This document shows, in pieces, positions 14,345 through 26,561 of a stretch of DNA of 64,000 nucleotides (within the stretch, counting starts at the first letter, position 1; every line of letters begins with the position of its first letter). This stretch comes from Takakia lepidozioides (Eukaryota; Plantae; Bryophyta). The position numbers and the translations under genes are program-made. The notes under the pieces are model-generated. The model was given only the letters and a program-made list of their open reading frames with translations, was not told the DNA's origin and did no database searches. The stretch is taken from assembly GCA_030704615.1 (NCBI GenBank), contig CM060732.1:49476001-49540000 (forward strand), written 5' to 3'.

Positions 14345-14359
14345 CTTCAGTCTCGCCAA
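14345..14359 (-). promoter_or_regulatory. Self-priming primer-binding site
   Basis: CTTCAGTCTCGCCAA (14345-14359) is the exact reverse complement of TTGGCGAGACTGAAG (14641-14655) inside the LTR, just downstream of the TATA in element sense. Confidence 0.75.
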
Positions 14360-14361
14360 AC

Positions 14362-14981
14362 TGTCAAGGACAAGAACATGACTGAACACAAACAAGAGAT
14401 CAGACTAGAGGTACAAGACTAGACAAGAAGTCAAGGTCGGCGTGGCCGTATGCACTATGAGTAAATAGGAATCAAGATGATCTTTTAAACAATGAACAAG
14501 AGTACAAGATATTGGAACACGACTTGAATACTGGAATGCTGGAAACTAGACTGAAGTACCAGATACTGGAAACTGGGCTAGAGTACTGGGAACTGGACTG
14601 GAGTACTGGGAACTGGAAACAAGAGTAGCTTGAACTGGTGTTGGCGAGACTGAAGAGTGTCCAGTCTCGCCTCCTATATATACTAGCTACTAAGAAACTT
14701 CCCCTTATGGAGGTTTCTTGCTGGAGAAGTTTCCAAGATTAAACAAAGGTTTCTTGATGGAGAAGCTTCCTTAAACAAATGAGGTATCTTGATGGAGAAG
14801 TTTCCTCCAAAGGAAGCTTCCTGAGCAGTTTCCCAAGTTACTCTTGATAATTTGGTAAACTCCTGGTAACTTGGTAAGTAATGGTAAATCATGGTAGATC
14901 ATGGTAACTTCCAGTAACATGGTAACTTGATAACTTTCGGTATTTATTCCTGGTAAGTTCATCTGGGCTATGTCCGTGATA
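14362..14981 (-). repeat. 5' LTR of the Tcn1-like element
   Basis: Imperfect inverted ends TGTCAAGGACA / TGTCCGTGATA, TATATATA at about 14675-14682, lies immediately upstream of the PBS and gag. Confidence 0.6.
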
Positions 14982-16076
14982 CCAGCCTGAAGTGCCCCAA
15001 CAGCCATTCAGCTGGGAATGCGGGTTTTACGTCATGTCCTTCATCTAAGGATATTATGAATGGCTTCAAACTGGGCATAGTCGAACCTCTTCTAAAAGGG
15101 CAGAGAGAGGAGTACCTTTCACGAAACACTGGTTTACGTTCAAGTTTGCACTTGGCCAACGGATGCAGTGTCTTAAGTACATCTTGACTGGTTTGACCGC
15201 TGCTGAGAAAGTAGTATCCTCATAGATATTCATCTGGGCCCGAGATTAGAGTTGCACCGTAGGACGCATTTGTCATGTAAGAATGTTTTTGAGCATTTGC
15301 AACGAAATAAAAGATGACTTTGCATACACATCCTATTGGTCGCATATGAGTGCAGTGTGGAGTAGTCGTTGTAGACTTGTGACCAATTCACTGTATGTTG
15401 TTAAGCGGACTTACCCCTGCACACACAATCATTTTGTTTAACATACCAATGGAGTACACTGGTCAGCAAACAACCGAGAGTCAGCAGACTGCTAGAGTAC
15501 GGGAAGAGGGTATGCCTAGGCTTATGAACAGATAGAGGGCAATGTCGCCAGACTGACGAAAGTCCGACAGACTAAGGAGTTGGGACCAGTCCGGCAGACT
15601 GGCAGATGCGATTGGGAACCATGAGCCTGCACTGGTGAGCAGACTGTGAGAGTCACCGGAGTGGTAGAGTACAGGCGGATGACATTGGTCAGTAGTCTGC
15701 CAAGTCTGGTTAGCAGAGTAAGTGAGAGTCCACCGTACTGAGAATGGCCAGTCTGATGGGCAGACCGCATAAGGCTCACTGGTCAGCCAGGTGCAAGCAC
15801 GTTCAGAACCGGGAGACTGGTCTGCTCAGGAGAAGGCTGGCACAGCAGACTGTTCGAAGACCGAGTCCCAGCCTGGTACTGTTGACTGGTTCAGATGGTT
15901 GAGCAGACTGGTTCAGACGGTAGAAGACTGGTTGAGCATACTGGTTCAGATCCCAGAAGACTGGTTTACCAGGCTGGTTGGCAGACAGGTTGGAAGTCTG
16001 GTGCACATGCAATCGTACCGCCGAAATTTTATTTCATCGGGAGAATGATACTGTACCATTTCCTACATTTCCTACT

Positions 16077-19000
16077 CTATTTTACAACTGGTATACGGTC
16101 TGCAACCCTCCGGATTGTGGAGTATATGTGTGCTGTAGGTGTTGGGGCACCAACCCTCTTCCCTATTTTGCGTAAGACCCTGGGTCGCGTTTCCCATGCC
16201 TCAACGAAATCTCGTTTCCTTTTCAGTGACATATTGTTGTTGTCATTTACAGGACGGAAGCTCTTTGCTGCCGCAGGGTGCAACATTCCTGCAACACTCT
16301 TGGCGAGAATATCAACAAGCTGCCCCCTACAGATACGAAGAGAAGACAACACATGTTTCTCCAGGTATTTGTCGTCCCCAACAATGCGAAGTATGTCTGC
16401 AAATTCTTCATTCATGGAGGATGGTACGAGGACAGGCTCCGCATCATAGGGGAAGTCATATGTGGAAGGGCCCTCTGTTGCATTTCCCAAACCCTCTTCG
16501 TCGCCGCCACTTGCATGAACCCTAAATACATTATGCAATCCTCCATGAATGGTTTCCAGCGCCGTGCCACAAGCACGCACTATGAGTCCATCCTACAAGT
16601 GTGGATGAAGCAACTTCAGGACTTGGACTTGATGCTTGCACAAATTGCCCTTCATTGCCCATGGTCAAGTGCAAGAAGCCCATTCGCATCCGGGGTTGTA
16701 AACAATGTAAATTGTGTTTGGGTGATTGGTGCTTAGAACATAGGCTGGTTGCCCAGGATGGAACGGAAGAGTGATATTGCAAGCTGGGATATCGTGTGCC
16801 GCAAGCACAGATTGGACATGTACTTCTCTTGTTTGTCATTCCTTATGAATCCATGCGTTTTCAGGTGAATTGCATACCAGTAGTGTGTTAGCACACGGCC
16901 TGTGAGTTCCTATATGAGCCAATCTACTCTACGCCCAGTCATTTTGTCTTTCCCCATCCTCAGTCTTGCCTTCAAGTTTCCATGGTATGCCTCAATGCTA
17001 GCGTTGATGTCTTGACTGGCATGTGGAACATGGTGAGCTGCTGTACACCACATTGCTATTTTAGGACGCCATTCCTTATCGATGTAGTCCATAAATTCAT
17101 GCCCATTCGGATATTTCTTTCTCATGCGTCGGAGCATTGTTGCTACCCTTGCAAGACCTTCTTTGGGATTGCTTGGTCCACCTCTACAGTACACGAGGTC
17201 TCCCATATCTTTCAGCAGTTTGCGGCAGTGATATGATCTTTGGTTTTCGCGCATGATTGCTTCACCCAAGCCCGCCGGACATGCCAAAGGCAAGGAAATT
17301 GAGCACTCCTTGAAAAACAGCCCTGCAAAGTACACATGCCCGCATGAGAGACTTCAAAGAGGACTTCGCCGGTGGACTTGGGCACTAACCCAGTAGACTC
17401 TTTGGTTGACTGGTCTGCCCGTCTGTTCCAGTGGACTTGCCCAACGGATTCAGGTAGCAGACTCGCCCACTCTGACCTGTCATGAGTGTTGCCCTCACGA
17501 CACCGCCAGCAGACCTGACCACGCTGACCTCGCAACGGACTTACGTAAGTGAGTCTTGCAACGGACTTGGCCAGAGGGCATCCCGAGCGGACTGGATTGC
17601 CAGCAGACTTCCGAACAGTCCCCTCCGGCGGACTCGCCTGCGAGCGGACTTGCTGGACCAGACTGAGGTCGCAGCAGACTGGCGCACGTGAGTCTTGCAG
17701 CGGCCTGCTTGCAAACAGTCTCCTCTGGCGGACCTGCCTGCCAGCGGACTTGCTGGACCAGAGTGAGGTCGCAACAGACTGGCGCATGTGAGTCTTGCAG
17801 CGGATTGCTTGCGAATAGTCCCTTCCGGCGAACCTGTCTGCCAGCGGACTTGCTGGACCAGACCGAGGTCGCAGCAGACTGGCGCACGTGAGTCTTGCAG
17901 TAGAGCTTGCAAACCCTCGGCATTGGGCCTAGACTTGCCCTTAGGGAGAGCAGCAGACCTACCAAACTTTGCTGCTGGCAGCACACCGAGCAGACTGACC
18001 TTGCAACATACTTGCGCAAGTGAGTCTTCCGGACTTGCTTATCAGCGGACTGGTTTGCCAGCAGACTTGCAGAAATGAATGGGCCAGACTTGTAGCCAGG
18101 ACTGCGTTGTATGGCAGGGGACTTGCCGAAGAGACAGACAATGGACGCAAACGACGGACTTGCACGCGAGTGTACACGAGGGTACGTGAAACTTACGTTA
18201 TGGCGTTTATTTCGGCGTCGGCATCGTCCACAATGAAGGCATTGGGTCGCCAGTCTGGCATTTCTGCGAGGAGAGAGTCCTGCAAGGCTGCCATCCACGG
18301 CACCAAGTCTGTTGTCCGCTCACGCGCGCATATGATGTACGCAACTGGTATACCGTTAAGCCACTCGTCGAAGACCATCAACGTGTACAATGGGAACTGT
18401 TCAAATGCAGAATGTCAGATGCTACCAGTGTGCGTACATCCACTACTTCTGCAAGTGGATAAATTGTGAAAGGGATGAAGAGTACCTTGTGGTGATTTGT
18501 CCCGAAGGTTGCATCGCATGCAACGATACGGGCATGGCCTAATTGAAGCATTCGCTTCTTCTGCCACTCAGTCTGTATGCCGATTGTGAATGTTAAGTCA
18601 CCATCGTAGTGCTTGAATGTTGGCGCCAATTTCTCCTCTTGATAGAAGAAGACCGATTTCGGGTTCTGGTCTTTCCACATGCGGACACTTTCCGCATCGT
18701 TGGCATGTTTTTTGAACGTTTGTCACGCCCGTTTCTCGGCCAGGTTGCGCACATCCTGCTCCAGCAAAAAATCATCTCGTGTCCATGCATCCCCCAACCC
18801 GGTGTTGTTCATGACGTGCTCTTTATGTTCCATCATGATTTGGGCGACTGACAGGCCTCGGCACCGACACTCCATGACCCATGCTTTCACTTCCTCGCTA
18901 ATGTGTGGTGCATAGGCGTGGCGAGTGTTCCTGAACTCAATGGACTTCCCATGACAGGCGTTCCCTTTCGCGTCTGTATGCTCCATATTGTTGTAGTACT

Positions 19001-19672
19001 TGAGGACACAAATGTCGGGGGCGAGATAGCATTGCTGGACCTTGAAACAGCACTGGCAACCACGCTTGTAAGACTCTCCATATTCCGACTTCTTTCTCCT
19101 TGGGCCTTTATGAGGGTGAGATGTTCCAGCACTCACAAGAGGTCCTCCACGTTTCAGTTTGGGATCCTCCACTATCGCATTGTTGGTGCGCTTGTCATCT
19201 GGACCGTAGCAGCATTGATACCTGGACATAAAAATCACAATGGATATCCATCGACTTTATGGAAGCATGAAATCACAGAACGTGGGTACGAAAAATGGCA
19301 ACAGACATGCAATCAGACTACAAAAGGACGATGAGGATGGTGCACACATGATACTGTTCAGAGAACTGTTGGCTCTCGGCTCTTTTTAACATGCCGGATT
19401 GCATTTTAGTATGGACATTCACCCAAAACTGAGTGGGGTAGTCCACCAAATTCTCCTCTCCAAGGAGAAAGTCATCAACTCTATTCCACGGTATGCAGGC
19501 CTTCAGAACATTATGTCTGGCACCCATATAACCATATTGCGTGTCTCTCTTCCATTGGAGGTCCTTCGTGTTGAAGGGTCCTGGTTTGGATGTTTGCAAA
19601 CTTTGTCGAAGAGGCCGTATAATCCAGCATCCCGTTTTTAGTATATCATCATCTTCTGCTTCCACGTCCATG
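16077..19672 (-). pseudogene. MULE-type transposase with SWIM finger (degenerate, intron-containing)
   Basis: KRGCQCCF...H...CHG finger, IVACDATFGTN, LMVFDEWLNGIPVAYII, FIVDDADAEINAI, CLWHVRRAW, SIEAYHGNLK...RRVDWLI. Element termini not resolved. Confidence 0.8.
17550..17900. repeat. 100-bp tandem repeat (about 3 units) inside the MULE
   Basis: GTGAGTCTTGCAG recurs at 17688, 17788 and 17888. Units are built from CAGACT/CGGACT submotifs. Confidence 0.85.
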
Positions 19673-21164
19673 CCATGTACAGTACAGAGGACACGCTTCA
19701 GAACCTGCAAGAAACGCGCCGCAATACACTGGACACGATGGACAACGTGCAAGGAGCATCAGTGCGCACGTTCGCGGCTGTTGGCAAGTGGCAGGTGGCA
19801 GGGATAAGGTTTGAATTCATGCCCTACAAATGGAGGGCTCAGATGGCATTTACGAATGGACGGTCCAGATGCGGCATCATCAGTGGACTGGAGGAAAACG
19901 GACTCATGGGCGGCGGACTGGCGGGCAGACTGTTGGGTGGACTGGCATGGATGGTGCGGATGGGTTTCTTAGAATGGACGATCTAGATCCTTCGGCCGGC
20001 GCGGACTGGCAGACTGGCAGACGGGCACAACGGACAGTTGGGTGGACTTGCGGGGACTGGCACGACTGGCGTGCACAACGGACTGGCCGACAGACTGGCG
20101 GTTTGGCGGACTGAGGAGAACTGGACTCACGGGCAGCGGACTGGCGGGCGGACTGGCCGCACCGGATTGGGGGCGCGGCGGAGCACGGGCGGGGCTGTTG
20201 CGGGCGCGCGGCAACAGCTGGGCAACCGCGCGCAGCGGCGGGCGGGGGGGGGGGGGGTGTCCAGGTGGGGGGAGCCGGGCGTCCGTGCGCGGGGCCCATC
20301 GGTCAGCTCGCGCGTGCGCCATATCGTCCCAATTATTGTAAAATGAGAGGCAGGTTAAATTGGACAAATTTCACATCCTAAGGATACATTAAACTTTTCA
20401 ATACTAATGCCATCAATTATTCTCAAAACAAGGTCTTTGCAAAGAATCAAGCTCCAACTTAAAGAACTGAACTCTAAGAACCAAAACTTATAGCTTTGCA
20501 CAATAATACGATGTATGACATTCATGTTACTAACTAACGGAGCGGTTTGATGGTCCAAACCAGTGTTGGGCGGTTATCAGGTTTTCGTGAGCTCCTCCGG
20601 TGCAGGTTCTTTGCCAATTGGCCCTTCTTTAAAACCTCCGGAGGCGGGTAAATGGCAAAAGAAAAAATTAAATAACCTGCCGGAGGCGGTTCTTTGATGT
20701 TTTCAAAAAACCCGGTTAAGTTCAATTCCGGTTATTAAAGACCTTTGCACAGGCGGTTTTTTGAACCGGTTCTGGAAGTTCAATATACTTCATAACCCGG
20801 TAGATAACCGGCGGTCCTTAAAACGGTTATATTGCGGTCATGTAAACGAACTACTTATAAAATAAAAATTTACATATATTGAAATGATGAAAATATTAAT
20901 TTTAAAAAAACTTAAATAAATGCCAAGCAGGGATTGACCAGCCATGCAAGATGGTTAGCCCTTGAAATTGGATCATCAAGATGATCAATAATGGACATCT
21001 TAGTTACCAGATTGGTGTCACATTCATCTTAGCAAAGGTATATGCTGACACTATTTATTGATAACCGGGTCCTTTTTTAAGGCCATGGCCGGATACCAAT
21101 AAATAAAAAACCAAACTTGCTCGCCGGTTCTCAAAGCCCGCCGGTTATCTCAACCCCTAGCCTC

Positions 21165-21249
21165 TGTCGTGCGCATACATATCGCTACACAACTACATCG
21201 CTGTCCAAACCACACCACACATATATGCACAATAAAGTAGTCTGCCACA
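21165..21249 (-). repeat. Repeat B, outer copy (element 3' terminus)
   Basis: 85 bp TGTCGTGCGC...CTGCCACA; direct repeat of 21603-21686 with a 1-nt indel. Confidence 0.9.
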
Positions 21250-21252
21250 ATA

Positions 21253-21600
21253 GATAGAAAACCCACGAACACACTGGTTACACAAAACATGAAAACCAAA
21301 CCATCACTCTTTAAAACAGTAGTCGAGCCAGGGGCACCCCAAGCTATGGGGACTCCACCCCACAACAACCTACACTCCCATCATGAGTACACTCAGACCT
21401 AAACGCATGCAGGAGTTCGGTCGCGCAGGCTCAACTCGAGAAAGATGAGCCGCGCGACTGCCGCTCTCGTGAAGATAAGACGGACCAGGTGTCAAACTAA
21501 ACTTGACACCTGATTTAACACTTGACCTAAATCCAAGTGTTAAATACAAATAACTAGTTTTATTCTAGCTGTTTTCACACTGTGCTTATTTAACTTGACA
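21253..21600 (-). repeat. Terminal repeat L (3' copy)
   Basis: Direct repeat of 32579-32926, flanked on both sides by repeat B. Confidence 0.93.
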
Positions 21601-21602
21601 GC

Positions 21603-21686
21603 TGTCGTGCGCATACATATCGCTACACAACACATCGCTGTCCAAACCACACCACACATATATGCACAATAAAGTAGTCTGCCACA
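21603..21686 (-). repeat. Repeat B, inner copy, preceded in element sense by a PPT-like tract
   Basis: Sense TAGGGGGCGAT (21687-21697) directly precedes TGTGGCAG... . B joins L through the palindrome GACAGCTGTC (21597-21606). Confidence 0.85.
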
Positions 21687-21944
21687 ATCGCCCCCTAGCT
21701 GGTGGATAGGTCCCTCTACCTCCAGATAGCTACAAGATGTAATAGCCACAGCCGTACTAAGTCCTCTATCACTGTCCCTATGTACTCAAACTCTATAGAC
21801 CAAGAGGCCGGGTACAAGAGTAGCCCCATCGTTAGTCGCCGTCTTGCAATCTATGAACTTGAGCCAAGATCTCGTGTGTTCAAGGTCTCCTAGTAGCTGG
21901 GTCTTGCGTTTCTTGTTAACCTCCCATGGTTGTATCCACTCCCA

Positions 21945-23290
21945 CTATCCAATGCATGTGGACAACCAATCCCCATCCGGAACCATCTCAAGAGGTGGAG
22001 TCAAGCATCCCATATGCCAACCTCTAGAGCACCGATCACATACCAGCATGGTGGCTGCCCCTTTAGCAGACCCACACAACATGCACCTCAAACCTGCAGA
22101 TACCACTGCCAGGTTTGGGTCAATCCTGCCATCGACATTCGGAAGGTGACATGGCGCACAATTACGCACATGGTCCTTCCAAGTGATGCCATCCCGACCC
22201 TCCAAGACCAAGACGCCTGAGGGCAAGACCTCTCGAACCCTCAAAATAACACGTCCTGCAGTCACATCCAGGGTCGTAGGAGCAGTCTGCTGCAGATAGA
22301 CATAGTCACCAGGGTTGAATCTCCGAACCCCAGGACGATAGCCCCCACCACGTATGGTAGCATACCTCAACGTATCACGGTGTTGTGCAATGGCAAGGTT
22401 CTCGAAAGCCATGGGCATGACTCTCTTGAACAACTCTGCACGCTGCTCACATGCACGTGCCCACACGTCCGGATCGTCAAGGTTAAGAACTAGCAGCTTC
22501 TCTGCGAATGGATGTAGGCAAATCCGGCTCTCGGCCAAAGAGAAGAAAGTATGGTGAGAAAGAGGCAAGTGATGCTTGCTTGCTGAACCTGTAGCCCATG
22601 GCTAACCAGGGTAACTGAAGGTCCCAATCTCCTAGGTGTCCCTTCTGCAAGCCATACTTGCGCAAACCCCTCTTTACTGTCTGAACAACTCTCTCTGCCA
22701 AGCCATCGGCTTCAGGATGATCCCGAGAAGTGGTGCGGTGGTCTATCAAGGCTTGTCACACAAAGCCTGAAACTCCCCCAAGAACTCTCTCCCTTGGTCC
22801 GTGAGTACCTCAGCTGGAGCACCGAATCGGCTAAGCACACAATCCAGGAATGCATACGCAGCTCCCTCACTAGCCTTATCAGGCAATGGAACCAATTCAA
22901 TCCACTTGGAGAAGTGCTCCACCATCACCAACACGTACTTGTTGTGGCGCATGGTCAGTGGCAACGGCCCTGCGAAGTCAAGACTCCACCTGTAGCCAAT
23001 CCCATGATCGGAAGAGGGTGCAATTGTGGAGTAGGGGCGTTGAATGAAGCACGCACCCTGTCACACACCATGCACCTAGCCACAAATTGTTGCACCTCTG
23101 TGCATACCACGCCACCAATACTGCCCCTGCAGTAGACTATGAGTGCGTCGCACCCCAAAATGCCCCAACTCCTCATGGGCATGCCGCACTAACCGGCCCG
23201 CTGTGTTGGGTGAGGCACAATCCTCACTCGACCATCCTCCCACACTCGGAGCAGGTGTGTCCCCTCCCACCTGAACCTCTTGGCTCGTTG
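21945..23290 (-). CDS. DDE integrase with C-terminal PHD finger
   Basis: HEELGH...CMVC (HHCC), LDFAGP, LTDQG, LAERVVQTVK. The PHD CMLC...CDRC...WHMGC LTPPL..VPDGDW lies at about 21950-22085. Confidence 0.92.
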
Positions 23291-23599
23291 TAGGATCCGA
23301 TCCCTCTCCTTGGCAGTCATAGTGGCTGCCGTGTCTCCACTGCGGAGGTAGTCCAACACAACTGAATCCTCATGTATATCTTTGGCGCCACCCTGCTCAT
23401 TGCTGGCCTCAGGGTCCTCAGACACTTGATCTACAGTCATCCCTGTTGTAGGTCCAACCTGGCCTTCCGCTGCCAAGATACACAGAAATGCAGATGCATG
23501 CCATCCGGGCACCATCTCCTCGTCCGTCTCACCATGCCACCGAGCTCCAGTGTCATCCTGCTGGCTCGTGCATGGATTGCGACTCAACCCATCTGCATT

Positions 23600-24960
23600 T
23601 CGATTGACCAAACCCGGTCGATGCACCACCTGAAAGTCATACTCTTGAAGGATGAGTGCCCACCGTGCAAGCTTCCCCGTAAGCTTGTCTGACTCCATCA
23701 ACCACTTGAGTGGTTGGTGATCCGTGACAAGGGTGAAGAGATTGCCGTATAGATAGCACCTGAAGTGTGCCACGGCCCACACTGCAGCTAAGCATTCTCC
23801 CTCATATGAGCTATACTTAGACTCTGCAGCATTGTTCGAGCGCTAGCATAAGCCACTACGAACTCTCTTCCCTCATCATCCACCTGTGTGAGCACCGCTC
23901 CAAGCCCCAGCATGCTCCAATCTGTATGCAGCTGAAAAGGACGCCCCCTGATAGGTCGTCTCAAGATGGGCGCCGAGGTCAACCTCGCCTTGAGCTCTTG
24001 AAAAGCTTGTTCTTGCTCATCTTCCCACTGCCACTCCTGGTCCACCTTGGTCAGCTTGGTTAGAGCCTTTGCAATGGCACTAAATCCCTTAACAAACCGT
24101 CTGTAATAGTTTGCTAACCCCATGAAAGCTCGAACTCGGCTCACATCCGTGGGCGTGGAACCTGTGCAATGGACTCTACCTTAGTCTGCTGTACCCCCAA
24201 TCCTCCAGGATATATCATGTGACCCAGATACTCAATCTGGTTGTGGAAAAACTTGCACTTGCCCGGATGTAACTTCAATCCGTGCGTCCTCAAGCGCTCA
24301 AATACCCCCTGAAGGTGTCTCTCATGCTCCTCCACCGCAGCACTAAAGATGATGATGTCATCTATGTAGCACCGAGCAAACTCCACCCCTGCTAGAATCC
24401 TGTCCATGACTCTTTGAAACTCAGCGGGAGCGTTTTAAGCCCAAATGGTAAGAACCGCCACTGGTATAGGCAATCCTTCCCGTGCTCATTGATCCCCCAG
24501 AATGCCGTCTTTTGCTTATCCGCCTCCTTGATCGGCAACTGGTGATATCCGGATCGTAAATCCAACGTGCTAAAGACCTTGGAATGCCCAATGGCATCAA
24601 AGATCTCCTCTGGTGTTGGCATGGCATACCTATCGGACTTGGTCTGACGATTTACAGGCCGGTAATCACCGCACATACGTCTCTCCGTCCAATTGCCATA
24701 GACATCCTTCTTAGCTGGCATCACTGTGGCTGAAGCATACTCTCCACCAGAGAGCTCCACCAAACCTGCCTCCCAGAGATCTTGAGTCCTCATCTGAATC
24801 AAAGACCTCTCCATGTCACTGTATCTATAGGGTCTCCGAAAGATTGGCGTGTCAGTGGCCAACTCAATACGGATCTGACCCTTCAGTGCTCCCAAGTCCT
24901 TCAAACTGAAGGCAAAGCAATTCCTGTAAGCCCTCAGGAACCGCCGTATACGTCGTCTCT
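23600..24960 (-). CDS. Reverse transcriptase and RNase H
   Basis: RMCGDYRPVN, FSTLDLRSGYHQ, PFGLK, YIDD; RNase H LHTDWSMLGLGAVL and TDHQPLKWL. Confidence 0.95.
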
Positions 24961-25339
24961 CTCCTCCGGTGACAATGGGTCCAATGTCAGGCTCCCAATT
25001 GTCCTCCGTAACTGCAACCTTAAGTCCAGTGGGCTTAGAGGTAGAGGACCCGTCCCGTGGTGCTATGCTGCAACCTCTTGAGCAGTACCCCCTTCCTGCT
25101 CAGTCAATGACAAGGCTCATCCTGCCCCCATCATCATCATTGAGAACCTCCTCATCCCGAGAAGAATCCCCAACCTCATCCATCACAGCTGCCTTCGCTG
25201 CCAACTCCCTCTGAACCTCGAGCACCTCCCACATGTGCCATGGATGTCTACACCTCGTGGTCCTCACCGGCTCGCCCCCACACTGCCTGTACCGTCTCGG
25301 TAGGCAGAGAGACCGTCAAGGGAAGTGCACTCCGCACTC

Positions 25340-26292
25340 TACGTTGCTCAGCCATAGCCAAGCTGACAATCCAGGTCAAGCAATTGAGATCCATTGCTTG
25401 CCCCAACACCTGACGACGTGATGCCTCAGAAAGAGAAGGCACCGCCGTGGTCCCAGTGGAAAACCCCATAGCCCGCTCTCGCTCGTCGGCATTAGGCTCC
25501 ACTAACTGCTGCAACTGAGCATCCCACAGGAGGCCAGGTCCACCATCCCGAAAAGCATGGGATCCTGGGAAGCTGAGCAGTGTAGGTAATGCTGCTCGTG
25601 GTTGACCCACCCTGTTGACCACTGCCAAAGGCGAACGGTCATCGTGTCTCACACGTTGAGACTGCCTTCCTGTGTCCAAAATGCCATCCACGGTGAGGTG
25701 TGCTGGCCGCTGCACCCCATCAAATGCACGCTTGAGCAGTGCGGGTGGCATCAAGTTAGTCCACCATAGTCGTGGACGATGAGCCCGTGACCCCACTGCA
25801 GCTGCATCCAGCAACACTGCTGACCCAAGCCACGACCGGACTTGATGCACACTGGCCATCACCCTGGCCCGAGAATCACCCATCAGTGGTACATTCTCCA
25901 AGATGTATGCTGGAGATACAGCTTGATGAAGCTGCAAGCAACGCAAAATCCGCACCATCTCCCAAAACAGACCCGTCCTCGAGTCTCAATCCATTGCCAT
26001 GCCCGGCTGATGAATGCCCTTGGCAGGGCCAACCTGCCACTATCAGATCAATAGAGCCAACCTGCTCCAAATCTTGCGCCCCCAACAAGGAAATGTCTGC
26101 TGGCAAGGCTTGTTGGTATCCACGAACTGCAGACACAGGCAACAAGTCAGGGTACTGCTGTACCAACTGAGCAACATGGCGCAGTGAGACGCGTCGTGCA
26201 GTCATCTCTTCACAGGTAACGCCTTACCCGCACACCTGCAGCACAGCAGCCAATTGCTCGCCCAAACAAGTCCAGAAGGCAATGCCTTCATC
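25340..26292 (-). CDS. C5-cytosine DNA methyltransferase domain (DNMT3-like) inside Pol
   Basis: Motif IV DLIVAGWPCQGHS, VI YILENV, VIII SRAHRPRLWWTN, IX ERERAMGF and X RRQVLGQAM. Motif I is damaged here but intact in copy 2 (LDLFGGISTG). Confidence 0.92.
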
Positions 26293-26561
26293 CGGCCGCT
26301 GCCATACAAGAGGTGTGGTGTCCAATGGCGACAACTGAGGTGGCCCTGGTGCAATCACCGAACTCTCCTCCTCCTGACGGTACAAAAGCTTCTTCCCAAG
26401 CTTGTTGCACCCAGGCCCTTGCTCGTACCCCACAAAGCAACCATGGCAGGCAACTCCGCCGTACCATGCATGTCATCCTGCTCTGCTGGAGGTGGCACAT
26501 CCTCTGCATGGCATTGCTTCCAGCAACTCTCCAGGCCAACTAACGGCAGCTGTGAAGGCGG

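Larger units (their letters stand above)
4720..14981 (-). mobile_element. Ty3/Gypsy LTR retrotransposon (Tcn1/Tf1-like), 3'-truncated, interrupted by a CACTA element
   Basis: Gag PEKFDG...LRQG...YAAEF (13660-14323) resumes at 7150 (DPMQID, CLYCGENDHIALNC knuckle). Then protease (ALLNSGA), RT ([27 protein letters not shown]; YLDD) and RNase H ([21 protein letters not shown]). Many stops and frameshifts; no integrase seen; left limit approximate. Confidence 0.9.

Noticed and set aside
17495-18298. CRISPR-like array or real ORFs
   Set aside because: Whole 100-bp units are repeated with no unique spacers, the context is eukaryotic, and the ORFs are repeat artefacts.
19830-20367. Several overlapping ORFs
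   Set aside because: GC-rich motif-repeat region that is open in many frames.
25340-26292. Host DNMT3/DRM gene or a chance insertion into the element
   Set aside because: It is intronless, at the same position in two diverged copies, and in frame with the protease in copy 2. The motif order is not permuted as in DRM.
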